Below are positions 10,214 through 20,002 of a stretch of DNA of 64,000 nucleotides, in pieces. Each line of letters opens with the position of its first letter. Positions within the stretch are counted from its first letter, which is position 1. The position numbers and the translations under genes are program-made. Below the pieces are notes generated by a model. It saw nothing but the letters and a program-made list of their open reading frames with translations, did not search any database and was not told the origin of the DNA. The DNA is from Candidatus Latescibacterota bacterium (GTDB lineage Bacteria; Latescibacterota; UBA2968), in assembly GCA_965204375.1 (NCBI GenBank), contig OZ241986.1, positions 3,872,001 through 3,936,000 on the forward strand, read 5' to 3'.

Positions 10214-11068
10214 ATGGCAACGCGACTCAACAATCCATACCTCTGGGCCTATACCGCAGCCATACTGCTGCACATCCTGTTCCTGCTCATAGAGAACCCG
10301 CTGTGGCGGGCTGCGATCATTGTGCCGCAGACAGAAAAAATATCTGCATCACCGCCCCTGACATTTGAATTTGTCGATGTGCCCCAAAATCGAGACGATG
10401 CGCCGCCCGAAGAAACGCCATTGCTCGCAGAGCGCGATAACATCTCTCGCGATCAACAGACGGCCCCCTTGCCCGAAAGCCACTTGCCATTTTCTGATGG
10501 CATATCACAGGCAAAAAATATAGCGGCGTCAGCGCCGGGCAGGCCGCGCAGTGAGACACAAAGCGCAGACCGTACGCAGGAAACCACCGACAGCCCCTTT
10601 AGCTTTGTGGATGTGTTGCAGAAAAATCCCGAAGAAGCGCGAAAAGAGCGAGAACGCGCGGTGCTGGGCGGGGAATTGCCCCAATCGCGCATAGACATGG
10701 ACAACAGCAAAACCCGTGCACTCGAACGCGGGGGATTGCAACTGAGCACGTATGCCTGGAATTTCGCGCCCTATATGAAATATCTCAAGCGACATATTGA
10801 CCGTCATATATATCCGCCCCGCGCATTCGAGTTGGGTATGATCGACGGCATGACCAGAGTGAAATTCAGAATCTGGCGCGATGGTCGGCTCGAAGGACCC
10901 GAATTGATCGACTATAAGGGCCATGACCTGTTGCGCGATACGAGTCTGAAGGCTGTTGAACTATCGGCACCATTCAAGGCATTGCCACCCGATTTCCCGG
11001 ATGAGTACCTCGACATTACGGGTACTTTTGAATATTTAATTTTTGGAAAAGGACAAAGGCGACAATAA
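10214..11068 (+). CDS. TonB-like energy transducer (TM anchor, TonB C-terminal domain)
   Basis: N-terminal TM with His, Pro-rich linker, YPPRAFELG..VKFRIWRDG..APFKALP; directly upstream of exbB/exbD. Confidence 0.8.
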   Translation: MATRLNNPYLWAYTAAILLHILFLLIENPLWRAAIIVPQTEKISASPPLTFEFVDVPQNRDDAPPEETPLLAERDNISRDQQTAPLPESHLPFSDGISQAKNIAASAPGRPRSETQSADRTQETTDSPFSFVDVLQKNPEEARKERERAVLGGELPQSRIDMDNSKTRALERGGLQLSTYAWNFAPYMKYLKRHIDRHIYPPRAFELGMIDGMTRVKFRIWRDGRLEGPELIDYKGHDLLRDTSLKAVELSAPFKALPPDFPDEYLDITGTFEYLIFGKGQRRQ

Positions 11069-11069
11069 T

Positions 11070-11696
11070 ATGGTCTGGGCACTATTTGAACAGGGTGGTC
11101 TCATGATGTATCCTCTGACCTTGTGCTCAGTACTGGCTTTGGGCATTGCAATTGAGCGCGGGTTTGCACTGCGCCGTCGCACCGTCATCCGGCCCGAAAT
11201 CGTCAGTGTAATCGACAATATTCAAGGACCGGATGACATCGGATTGGCTTTAAACGTCTGTCGGCAGCACAAAGGGCCTTTCTCCGCGGTAATGCGCGCG
11301 GGGTTAGACAATCGCCATTTGTCCTTAGAAGAGGTCCGGGAAAGTATTCTGGATCAGGGCCGTCAGGAAATGGGCGTATTGCAAAAGGGACTGGTGGTAC
11401 TGGAGACCGTAGCGGGAGTTTCGCCGCTTTTGGGACTTCTGGGCACTGTTCTGGGCATGATTAAAGTTTTTCAACAGGTTTCAGAAGTGGGCGTAGGACA
11501 GGCCAATCTCCTGGCAGGGGGCATTTCCGAAGCAATTCTAACGACTGCTGCTGGACTTTTTATTGCGATTCCATCACTCGTATTTTTCAATTTATACAGC
11601 AGTCGCGCAGAAAGCCTCATCCTGGAAATTGAGAAATACGCCAATACCCTTCTGAAAAAGCTCCGGGGGTTTCAAGGCTCCGAAGGTGAACAGTGA
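11070..11696 (+). CDS. exbB: MotA/TolQ/ExbB proton channel protein
   Basis: PLLGLLGTVLGMI, GISEAILTTAAGL. Confidence 0.92.
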   Translation: MVWALFEQGGLMMYPLTLCSVLALGIAIERGFALRRRTVIRPEIVSVIDNIQGPDDIGLALNVCRQHKGPFSAVMRAGLDNRHLSLEEVRESILDQGRQEMGVLQKGLVVLETVAGVSPLLGLLGTVLGMIKVFQQVSEVGVGQANLLAGGISEAILTTAAGLFIAIPSLVFFNLYSSRAESLILEIEKYANTLLKKLRGFQGSEGEQ

Positions 11697-12106
11697 TGCG
11701 AATGCAAATGCCCCTCAAGCGCCGCCCTGCCATCAACGTGACCTCTTTGATAGACGTCCTGTTTTTATTGCTTACATTTTTTCTTGTAACCACGCAATTT
11801 ATCGATCAATCCGCGCTCAAAGTCGAACTACCCGCCATGGAACACGCGGAAAAAACACAACACGCGAGGCGTTATATTCTCAATGTATCGGCAGATGGTC
11901 AAATGGCATTGGATGGTCAGATCGTCGATCAATCGACATTGCGGGAATTATTAAAACAACACGCGGCTGATATCGATGAAAGTGGGGGTCTCATTTTGCG
12001 AGCAGACCGCCAATTGCCTTATGGCGATGTGATGTCGATTCTGGACCTCGTCAGAGGTGTGGGAATCAGACGGATCACCAATGCCACAGCGGAACCCGAT
12101 AAATAG
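11693..12106 (+). CDS. exbD: Biopolymer transporter ExbD
   Basis: INVTSLIDVLFLLLTFFLV, LRAD..LPYGDVM. Confidence 0.92.
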   Translation: MMRMQMPLKRRPAINVTSLIDVLFLLLTFFLVTTQFIDQSALKVELPAMEHAEKTQHARRYILNVSADGQMALDGQIVDQSTLRELLKQHAADIDESGGLILRADRQLPYGDVMSILDLVRGVGIRRITNATAEPDK

Positions 12107-12132
12107 CGGTTTTAGTCTAAGAGGTCGGAACA

Positions 12133-12741
12133 ATGCGCGATTCCAAATCGTCCAATTTTTCACATATTGAAGATATCCAAATCGTCGCCCGGGTCTTAGA
12201 AGGCAACACAGAGGCTTTCTCTTTGCTGGTACAGCGACACCATGAGCGTGTGTACAATGCGGTTTACAGCCTTATTGGCGATCTCGACGAAGCCGACGAT
12301 TTGGCGCAAGAAGCATTTCTCAAGGCATTTCGCGCCCTGAATCGATTTCGGGGACAATCGCTATTTTCAACATGGTTGCATCGCATCGCTGTCAATTGCT
12401 GCTTAGATCACCTCAAATCCAGACATCGGCGCAGCTTTGTTTCTCTGGATGAACATCGAGAAACTTGGGACGCGCCGCGCATCTGGGCGGGTCAGCCCCA
12501 AAATGCAGATATGCGCGTTGAACGGCGGGAACTTCAAGAAATCCTCAAACGCGCCCTGGATGATCTATCGGAAGAATACCGCGTGACCTTTGTTTTGAGA
12601 GAAATTGAAGGTCTGACCTATGAAGAAATTGCCGAATTGCTCAACTGCTCAATAGGAACCGTTAAGTCTCGCCTGTTTCGAGGGCGAACAAAACTCCGCG
12701 AAATTTTGCAGGTTCAATACGACAACTGGATTGAGGCGTGA
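12133..12741 (+). CDS. ECF RNA polymerase sigma-70 factor
   Basis: DLAQEAF, FSTWLHRIAVN, LREIEGLTYEEIA..GTVKSRLFR. Confidence 0.95.
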   Translation: MRDSKSSNFSHIEDIQIVARVLEGNTEAFSLLVQRHHERVYNAVYSLIGDLDEADDLAQEAFLKAFRALNRFRGQSLFSTWLHRIAVNCCLDHLKSRHRRSFVSLDEHRETWDAPRIWAGQPQNADMRVERRELQEILKRALDDLSEEYRVTFVLREIEGLTYEEIAELLNCSIGTVKSRLFRGRTKLREILQVQYDNWIEA

Positions 12742-13217
12742 ATATGGACGCAGACAACACCATTGACATCAACCGCGAATTGTTGTCGGCTTATCTCGAC
12801 GATGCGCTGACAGAAGCAGATCGAGCCAGAGTTGAGATACTCTTGCGCACATCTGACAGTCTCAGGCGTGAACTGGCCGAGATGGTGCGCGTGCGTCAAC
12901 TATTTGCCGCCTGGTCTCCACCTGCACCCGACCGTTTTTTTGTGCGGCGTGTAGATATAAAAGTCCAGGAAGAAGTGGCGCGAATGAAGAACCGATGGGG
13001 ATTTCAAAAATTCGCCACTGCCGCAATGGTGCTGATCTCCATTGGCTCGCTGGCATTTTTGACCCAGCGCCTGGACAGAAATGTTGAACCTGTCACGCTG
13101 GATGCTTTTTTACAGGGTTCGCTCGACCGCGAGGTTCGAGAAGTTGTGAGTTTGACCGAAGATGATTTTTCCAAAGACCGCGTACTCGACCTCGTCTTAT
13201 CCGACAACACGCGTTAG
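12738..13217 (+). CDS. Membrane-anchored anti-sigma factor
   Basis: ELLSAYLD N-terminus, single TM, overlaps ECF sigma gene. Confidence 0.8.
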   Translation: MNMDADNTIDINRELLSAYLDDALTEADRARVEILLRTSDSLRRELAEMVRVRQLFAAWSPPAPDRFFVRRVDIKVQEEVARMKNRWGFQKFATAAMVLISIGSLAFLTQRLDRNVEPVTLDAFLQGSLDREVREVVSLTEDDFSKDRVLDLVLSDNTR

Positions 13218-13229
13218 AAGGTTTTTATT

Positions 13230-13616
13230 ATGTTTATTTCGCGTTTCCGCTTTACATGCCTGATCGTCTTGTGTTTATTACTCGGCGCGGTGATAGGGAC
13301 TGTTTACGAAAGTCTTGCGTCTGGTAATTCTGGAAAAAGGCGAGTGCGCATGTCTGAAATGGTGGCAAATCTCGACCTGTCAGATAAACAGAAAGCGCAA
13401 CTGGACACAATCCTCGAGGAAGGGCGCAAATGCATGGTCGATATCAACACGACCTACCGCTCTGAGTTTGGAAAAGTGAGAAACACAACTCGCGCTCAAA
13501 TTCGGGAAATTTTGACACCTGACCAGCGAAAAGAATTTGATGAGATGATGGCCGAACAAGAGGCTCGGCGGCGTACCCAGCACAGAAACAGGATTCACAG
13601 CAATAAAGCCGAGTGA
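13230..13616 (+). CDS. Periplasmic CpxP/Spy/heavy-metal-sensor-like protein
   Basis: N-terminal TM, LDLSDKQK and ILTPDQ (LTxxQ) repeats; third gene of ECF module. Confidence 0.75.
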   Translation: MFISRFRFTCLIVLCLLLGAVIGTVYESLASGNSGKRRVRMSEMVANLDLSDKQKAQLDTILEEGRKCMVDINTTYRSEFGKVRNTTRAQIREILTPDQRKEFDEMMAEQEARRRTQHRNRIHSNKAE

Positions 13617-13693
13617 TAAAGAATTTTGTGCAAAAATAAGTGAGTAATTGTTTACTTTCTTTTAATTTTTATAAGTTTTGAGAAGACGGAGGG

Positions 13694-15352
13694 ATGATGC
13701 AAAAAATAGCCAAACACCGATGGTTCGTGCTGCTTTTTCTCGCGCTCTTTGCCTGCGGTGAAGAAGAAGCACAACAGACACGGGGCGGACGCGGTGGACG
13801 CGGTGGACGCGGTGGCGGCGCTGCTGCGCCCGTCAAGGTCGAGACTGTAAAACAAGGGGATATCTCTGCATATATCCTCAAAAACACAACACTCGAAGCC
13901 GAAAGATGGGTTGACGTTCGAGCGCGCAGAGCCGGGCAGGTCATCGCGCTACTAAAAGAAGAAGGCGACCCCGTACGCGAGGGTACCGTAATGGCGCGGC
14001 TCGACGCCGACGCTGCCCAAATCAGCGTTGCGCAGCGAGATGTTGCCTATCTTGAAGCCAAACAGCGGTATGAACGCGAAGATGCCTTATTTCAACGCAA
14101 TCTGGGTAGCAAACAGTCTTATGAAAATGCCAAGACCCAATTCGAATCGGCCAAAGCACAACTCGAACAGGCCAAACTCGATTTGAGCTACACGGCGATT
14201 AGATCGCCCATTGAAGGCATCATGACGCTGAGAAATATCGAAGTGGGCAACATGGTCACCAATAATCAAGTGGTGGCCTCTGTAGCCAAATTTGATCCCC
14301 TGCTTGCGCGCATCCAGGTAACGGAAAAGGACTTTGGTAAAATCACTATAGGACAGACTGCGCGCATTACGGTTGAAGCCGCGCCTGAAAGAGAATTTAC
14401 GGGCACAGTAAAAATGATCAGTCCCGTGGTAGATCCCGAAAGCGGCACGGTCAAAGTAACCGTCGAGATACCCCGAACAGATAAAAGTCTATTGCGTCCC
14501 GGGATGTTTGCCTCGGTCTATATCATCACGGAAACGCGAAGAAACACCCTGGTCATTCCCAAAAAAGCCCTCGTACTCGAAGGAGAAGGCAACCAGGTAT
14601 TCACCTTTGAAACCGATCCCGAAACAGGGCGCGGGCAGGCGCAACGCAAGCGCATCGAAATCGGCTTTACAGACAGCGACCGTTTAGAGATTCTCTCGGG
14701 CCTTTCCCAGGGAGAACAAGTCATTACCGTAGGGCAAGAAGGTTTGAGACCCGGTTCTCCCGTGCGCCTCGTAGGAGAAGCCGCACCTCCTGCATTTGCC
14801 GGACGCGGTGGACAGGGACGCGCTGGACGCGGACAAATGGGACAGGGAAGACAGGGACGCGGGCAGATGGGTGAAGGCGGACAACGAGGTCGTGGAGCAA
14901 GTGGTCAAATGGGTGAAGGCGGACGACGAGGACGCGGTGGAAGTGATCAGACGGGTCAAGGAGGACAACGTGGACGCGGTGGTACTATGGCAGGTGATGA
15001 AGCCAATACCGGTCAAATGGGTCAGAGAGGACAGCGCGGTGGAGGGCAACAGGGGCGTGGACAAATGGGACAGGGAGGACAACGAGGTGGTGATGGGCAG
15101 GGAAGACAGGGACGCGGACAAATGGGGCAGGGCGGACAACGTGGTGGCGGCTTTGCAGGTGGGCAAGGCGGTGGTGATCCCACAGACCGTATAAAACGCA
15201 TGATTGAGCGCTTCCCCGAAGTCAAAGCCGAATACGAAAAGCGCGTAAAAGACGACCCCGAACTCGCAACAAATATGGAAAAACTCCGCGCTTTTGTGAC
15301 TGAGATGCGAGAAAAAGGATTGATACCATCACGAGGCGGACGAGGTAATTAA
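13694..15352 (+). CDS. RND efflux periplasmic adaptor (lipoprotein) with RGG/Gln-rich tails
   Basis: Lipobox LFAC; IRSPIEG, ISPVVDPESGT, LRPGMFA; Gly/Arg/Gln repeats at both ends. Confidence 0.92.
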   Translation: MMQKIAKHRWFVLLFLALFACGEEEAQQTRGGRGGRGGRGGGAAAPVKVETVKQGDISAYILKNTTLEAERWVDVRARRAGQVIALLKEEGDPVREGTVMARLDADAAQISVAQRDVAYLEAKQRYEREDALFQRNLGSKQSYENAKTQFESAKAQLEQAKLDLSYTAIRSPIEGIMTLRNIEVGNMVTNNQVVASVAKFDPLLARIQVTEKDFGKITIGQTARITVEAAPEREFTGTVKMISPVVDPESGTVKVTVEIPRTDKSLLRPGMFASVYIITETRRNTLVIPKKALVLEGEGNQVFTFETDPETGRGQAQRKRIEIGFTDSDRLEILSGLSQGEQVITVGQEGLRPGSPVRLVGEAAPPAFAGRGGQGRAGRGQMGQGRQGRGQMGEGGQRGRGASGQMGEGGRRGRGGSDQTGQGGQRGRGGTMAGDEANTGQMGQRGQRGGGQQGRGQMGQGGQRGGDGQGRQGRGQMGQGGQRGGGFAGGQGGGDPTDRIKRMIERFPEVKAEYEKRVKDDPELATNMEKLRAFVTEMREKGLIPSRGGRGN

Positions 15353-15357
15353 AACTC

Positions 15358-18300
15358 ATGAAACTCATTGAATTTTCGACCCGACGACGGGTAACAGTAA
15401 CGATGTTTGTGGCTGCGGCAGTGCTATTTGGCATGGTCGCTTTTCAGCGCCTATCGATCAACCTGCTGCCCGATATCACCTATCCCACCCTGACGGTGCG
15501 CACAGAATACGAAGGCACAGCACCCTCAGAGATGGAACGTTTAATCACCGAGCCGATTGAGGGATCTGTAGGTGTGGTAAACGGAGTTATCCGGGTAACA
15601 TCGGCCTCGCGCCCCGGCATATCGGATGTGGTTGTGGAATTTGCCTGGGGTACAGACATGGATTTTGCTTCTCTCGATGTTCGAGAAAAGCTCGATCAGG
15701 TGCGCCTGCCACAGGACGTGAGAAAACCCGTACTGCTGAGGTTTGACCCTTCGCTGGACCCGATCATGCGTATCGGACTCTATGGCGAAGAAAGTTTGAT
15801 TTCGCTACGCCTCCTGGCCGAAGAAGAAATTAAGCCCGAGTTGGAAAGCCTCGAAGGGGTCGCATCTGTGCGCGTCAATGGCGGCCTGGAAGAAGAAATT
15901 CAAGTTGAGATTGACCAGCCCAAACTGGCTGCATTGCGCATTCCTCTATCTCAGGTCGTCAATCGCTTAGCCCAGGAAAATGTGAACCTGACGGGCGGAG
16001 AACTCAAAGATGGCGAAGCAGAATACCTGGTTCGCACATTCAACGAATTTAAAACAATAGAAGAAATTCAGGATATTGTGGTGGGCCAGCGGCAGGGCAC
16101 CATTATCACATTAGCCGATGTGGGCCTGGTGACCCGAGGACACCGCGAACGCACGGTAATTACGCGCATTGATCAGCAAGAAAGTGTCGAACTGGCCATA
16201 TACAAAGAGGGCGATGCCAATACTGTAACAGTTGCACAAGCTGTTAAAGAAGCCATCGCGCAATTCCGCCGCACATCCGGCGATTTGCTGGGCAATTCGC
16301 GTATGGAGGTCGTCTCGGATCAATCGACATTCATTCGAGACTCGGTCTCCGAGGTCCTCAACACCGCTATTTTGGGCGGTTTTTTGGCCATTATCGTTCT
16401 CTATCTGTTTTTGCAAAGCCCAAAAAGCACGGGCATCATCAGCGTATCTATTCCCATTTCGGTTGTTGCGACATTTTTCCTTATGTACGCATCGGATGTG
16501 AGTCTCAACATCATGTCGTTGGGTGGACTCGCCCTGGGAATAGGCATGCTGGTTGACAACTCAATTGTCGTACTCGAAAGCGTACAGCGTTACCAGGAAA
16601 GCGGCATGAGTCCGCGTGAAGCGACCAATAAAGGGGGGTCTGAAGTGGGGCAAGCCGTGGTGGCTTCTACAATGACAACAATATGCGTCTTTGTCCCCAT
16701 TGTTTTTGTAGAAGGCATTGCCGGACAACTCTTCCGCGATCAGGCACTTACCGTGACCTATTCGCTCGTCGCCTCCCTCCTCGTTGCCCTCACGGTCATT
16801 CCCATGCTGGCTTCGTTGGAATTTTCATGGATCGGCGAATTTGCCGCCGTAGAGAAACGAAAAAAGGAAAGCGGACACAAGGGGGGTATAGAAGCACCAG
16901 CCCGTGCTGTGGGGTTGCTGGGCACGGTTGTAGGATGGATCGGACACGGTATTCTGGCTTGTCTGAAACCTTTATTCTGGATTTTCGACAGAGTGATTGG
17001 ACGCGCTTATCTCGTCTATCCGCACATTATCAGATGGGCGCTCAGGCATCGCCTGTATGTGATTGGGTTGGCAATTGCCCTTTTGGGTGGCACCTGGACA
17101 CTTGGCTCGAGATTGGGCAGTGAACTGATCCCCGAAATGAGCCAGGGAGCATTCTCAATTGCAGTCGAAATGCCGCTGGGCACACCCCTTGCCGCTACCA
17201 CACAAACCATTCAAGCCATTGAGAGGCTCGTTCGCAGTCAACCCGAAGTGCGCCTGGTTTACAGCATTGTCGGTACACAATCGGCATCTGGGGGCAGCGG
17301 CGGAGAAGAAAGGGAAAATGTAGGTGAGGTCAATGTCGTACTCCACGAGGGCATTATTCGAGATCGCGAAATTGCCGTGATGGATCGCTTGCGCCGGATG
17401 ATTGTAGAAATTCCCGCCGTGGATACAAAATTTGCCCGCCCATCGCTATTCTCGTCTCGCACGCCAATCGAAGTGGAAGTCGCCGGTTATAATTTGCTGT
17501 CGCTACAGATGATCGCCGGAGAAATGATGGCGCGCATGCAAACCATTCCGGGACTGACAGATATAAAAACAACAAGCGAGGGCGGTACACCCGAAGTGCA
17601 AATTCGGTTTGACCGCAAGCGCGTGGCGCAAATGGGCACGACGATTAACGCCATTGGCGAGATTATCCGCAATCAGGTTCAAGGAGAGGTTGCCACACAA
17701 TTTACCCGAGGAGATCGGAGAGTCGATATTCGCGTCCGTGCCGAAGAGGAACACCGAAGCACAGTAGATGATCTGAGGCGGTTAATCATCAGCCCCAACA
17801 ATGCCCCATCGCCGGTGCCTTTGAGTGTAGTCGCCGATTTACAGGTAGAAATGGGACCTGCAGAAATTCGCAGAATTGACCAGGAGCGCGTGGCATTGAT
17901 TTCGGCCAACCTCGTGGGTCGAAGTCTGAGCGCTGTCGTCACAGACCTCGAACGCGAAATAGATCGGATAGAGTTGCCCGCTGATTTTTCAATTAAAGTA
18001 GGTGGGCAAAATGAAGAGCAACAGCGGTCATTTGAAAGTATGCAATTGGCGATTGGGTTGGCAATTTTTCTCGTTTATCTGGTAATGGCATCGCAGTTTG
18101 AATCGCTCGTTCATCCTTTTGTAATCATGTTTGCCATACCTTTTGCGCTGGTAGGTGTTTTTGCCCTGCTCCTCATAACCGGGCAGACCATCAGTGTGGT
18201 CGTGCTCATTGGTTTGATTATGTTGGCCGGCATTGTCGTCAACAATGCCATCGTGCTCATCGATTATATCAACACGCTCCGAAGAGAAGAAGGCATGCCC

Positions 18301-18633
18301 AAAATGGAAGCGATTGCACAAGGGGGCAGAGTGCGCCTGCGTCCCATTTTGATGACCACCTCGACAACCGTGCTCGGCTTGTTGCCTATGGCACTGGGCA
18401 TTTTCAATTTTCAGCCCCTTGTCAGAAGCATCGAAGGCGCGCTGGACGGCGTGTTATCCGGGCAGGTATTCACCGTGGTCATGGCTGTAGTGGGTATGGT
18501 ATTCCCGGTGGGACAGGGCGCTGAGATACGCGCGCCTATGGCCATTACCGTTATTGGCGGCCTGGTCGTATCAACACTGGTAACCCTGGTACTGATCCCA
18601 ACGCTGTATTCGCTAACCGACCGCAAGGAGTAG
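15358..18633 (+). CDS. RND efflux transporter permease (AcrB/AcrD/AcrF family)
   Basis: 1091 aa; GMLVDNSIVV, GIVVNNAIVLID, RLRPILMT. Confidence 0.96.
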   Translation: MKLIEFSTRRRVTVTMFVAAAVLFGMVAFQRLSINLLPDITYPTLTVRTEYEGTAPSEMERLITEPIEGSVGVVNGVIRVTSASRPGISDVVVEFAWGTDMDFASLDVREKLDQVRLPQDVRKPVLLRFDPSLDPIMRIGLYGEESLISLRLLAEEEIKPELESLEGVASVRVNGGLEEEIQVEIDQPKLAALRIPLSQVVNRLAQENVNLTGGELKDGEAEYLVRTFNEFKTIEEIQDIVVGQRQGTIITLADVGLVTRGHRERTVITRIDQQESVELAIYKEGDANTVTVAQAVKEAIAQFRRTSGDLLGNSRMEVVSDQSTFIRDSVSEVLNTAILGGFLAIIVLYLFLQSPKSTGIISVSIPISVVATFFLMYASDVSLNIMSLGGLALGIGMLVDNSIVVLESVQRYQESGMSPREATNKGGSEVGQAVVASTMTTICVFVPIVFVEGIAGQLFRDQALTVTYSLVASLLVALTVIPMLASLEFSWIGEFAAVEKRKKESGHKGGIEAPARAVGLLGTVVGWIGHGILACLKPLFWIFDRVIGRAYLVYPHIIRWALRHRLYVIGLAIALLGGTWTLGSRLGSELIPEMSQGAFSIAVEMPLGTPLAATTQTIQAIERLVRSQPEVRLVYSIVGTQSASGGSGGEERENVGEVNVVLHEGIIRDREIAVMDRLRRMIVEIPAVDTKFARPSLFSSRTPIEVEVAGYNLLSLQMIAGEMMARMQTIPGLTDIKTTSEGGTPEVQIRFDRKRVAQMGTTINAIGEIIRNQVQGEVATQFTRGDRRVDIRVRAEEEHRSTVDDLRRLIISPNNAPSPVPLSVVADLQVEMGPAEIRRIDQERVALISANLVGRSLSAVVTDLEREIDRIELPADFSIKVGGQNEEQQRSFESMQLAIGLAIFLVYLVMASQFESLVHPFVIMFAIPFALVGVFALLLITGQTISVVVLIGLIMLAGIVVNNAIVLIDYINTLRREEGMPKMEAIAQGGRVRLRPILMTTSTTVLGLLPMALGIFNFQPLVRSIEGALDGVLSGQVFTVVMAVVGMVFPVGQGAEIRAPMAITVIGGLVVSTLVTLVLIPTLYSLTDRKE

Positions 18634-18634
18634 C

Positions 18635-19456
18635 ATGGAGCAGAGCCGTAATGAAGCATTTGTCGAATCGCTTCAGAACTATTCGCTTTCAGAACTCGAA
18701 GATATTTATGCACATCTGGATCGCGACCTATTTCCAGAGCGATACGACCAGGTCAGGGCAGAAATCGAAGCGCGCTTAAAAGACTTTGATCCAAAATCTA
18801 TGGACGCAAGTACGCTGACGGATCCCCCTGGGATCTTGCGCCGTCTCGCGTCGAGCGCGATTGATTTCTCCATGCAAGTGCTCGTTCCTTTTTTAATTTT
18901 TTTTCTTCTCAAAAGCGTTCTTTTTCCAAGCGCCCCAACCGTAACTGCTGGCGGTGGACGAGGCGGAGGGCGAGGTGGCGGTGGACGAGGGCGAGGTGGC
19001 GGTGGTGGCGGCAATCAATCCGATGATCTCTGGTCAGACATCACGGGTTTTGTAGGGGGTGCGAAGGATATCGCCGTTGGATTGATTGAGGGAGACCCCG
19101 CAGCGCAGAGCAGAGCGATGATTATCTGGAATGATTTTGGAATCATCCTACTCATTCTGCTTGTTTTCCGTATTTTTATGACCTTATCGGGATGGGCGCG
19201 TTCTGGATTTACCCCGGGGATGCGCGAATTGGGCATTCGGGTCGAGCGCGTTGGGGGGGGTATTCCAACCTGGTCGCAGGCTGTAGGCAGATTTGTTCTA
19301 CAGCCTCTGCTTTTTATCGCAACACTGGGATTTAGTGGATTTTGGATGCTGTGGGATCCCGATAGCCGAGCACTTCACGATAAACTTCTCGGCACAAAGC
19401 TCGTTCGCATGGTGCGTACCTGGGAAAAGCCAGAAACCGAAAGAAGATTTGAATAG
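18635..19456 (+). CDS. RDD family membrane protein with RGG insert
   Basis: RRLASSAIDF, TPGMRELGIRV, RALHDKLLGT; GGRGGGRGGG insert. Confidence 0.85.
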   Translation: MEQSRNEAFVESLQNYSLSELEDIYAHLDRDLFPERYDQVRAEIEARLKDFDPKSMDASTLTDPPGILRRLASSAIDFSMQVLVPFLIFFLLKSVLFPSAPTVTAGGGRGGGRGGGGRGRGGGGGGNQSDDLWSDITGFVGGAKDIAVGLIEGDPAAQSRAMIIWNDFGIILLILLVFRIFMTLSGWARSGFTPGMRELGIRVERVGGGIPTWSQAVGRFVLQPLLFIATLGFSGFWMLWDPDSRALHDKLLGTKLVRMVRTWEKPETERRFE

Positions 19457-19534
19457 AATATGTCAGTTATCCGAAACTTTTAATCATGTACTCTCGTCTA
19501 AATCCTCGAAATATCAGGGAAGGAGTGAGTAAGT

Positions 19535-19972
19535 ATGCATAGACGGATGTATAAAATGTGTTGTGTCGTGCTGGCAACCGCATTTTTTTGGGGATGTTTG
19601 GCTCCCGTTGCCGAAGCGCGGTCCTTTTTTACTTCACGGCGCACATTTGGTGTTTTATTTCTCGGTGGCAGTGCTTATATGGCCAAGCGCGCCATTGATT
19701 ATAAGCGCGATGCAAACGACATTTATGAAGCCTACAAGGCGGCGAAAGACTCTCGAGAAGCCGACCGGCTTTTTAACCGCACAAGTGATCGAGATACCAA
19801 GAGCATGATGAGTGTCGGATTTTCCGCAATTTTGTTGATCAGTGGTTTGCGTTTGCTCATGCACAGCGGCGTGGATGACAAAATGCCCAAAAATGATCGA
19901 CGAATCAAAATAGATCTCAACAGTGACATTCGCAAAAAATCTGTTGGGATTGTATTGAAGAAAAAATTTTAA
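19535..19972 (+). CDS. Hypothetical exported/membrane protein
   Basis: Signal peptide (AEA), two hydrophobic segments, C-terminal Phe. Confidence 0.6.
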   Translation: MHRRMYKMCCVVLATAFFWGCLAPVAEARSFFTSRRTFGVLFLGGSAYMAKRAIDYKRDANDIYEAYKAAKDSREADRLFNRTSDRDTKSMMSVGFSAILLISGLRLLMHSGVDDKMPKNDRRIKIDLNSDIRKKSVGIVLKKKF

Positions 19973-20002
19973 TCATCAGTAATGGGCAATGAGGAGATTA
20001 CT

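Noticed and set aside
10214-12106. exbB/exbD as a second Zorya-like system
   Set aside because: Canonical short ExbB, ExbD and TonB in a housekeeping operon, with no long tail
14800-15175. G-rich repeats as a non-coding repeat array
   Set aside because: They are in frame within the RND adaptor and vary at synonymous positions
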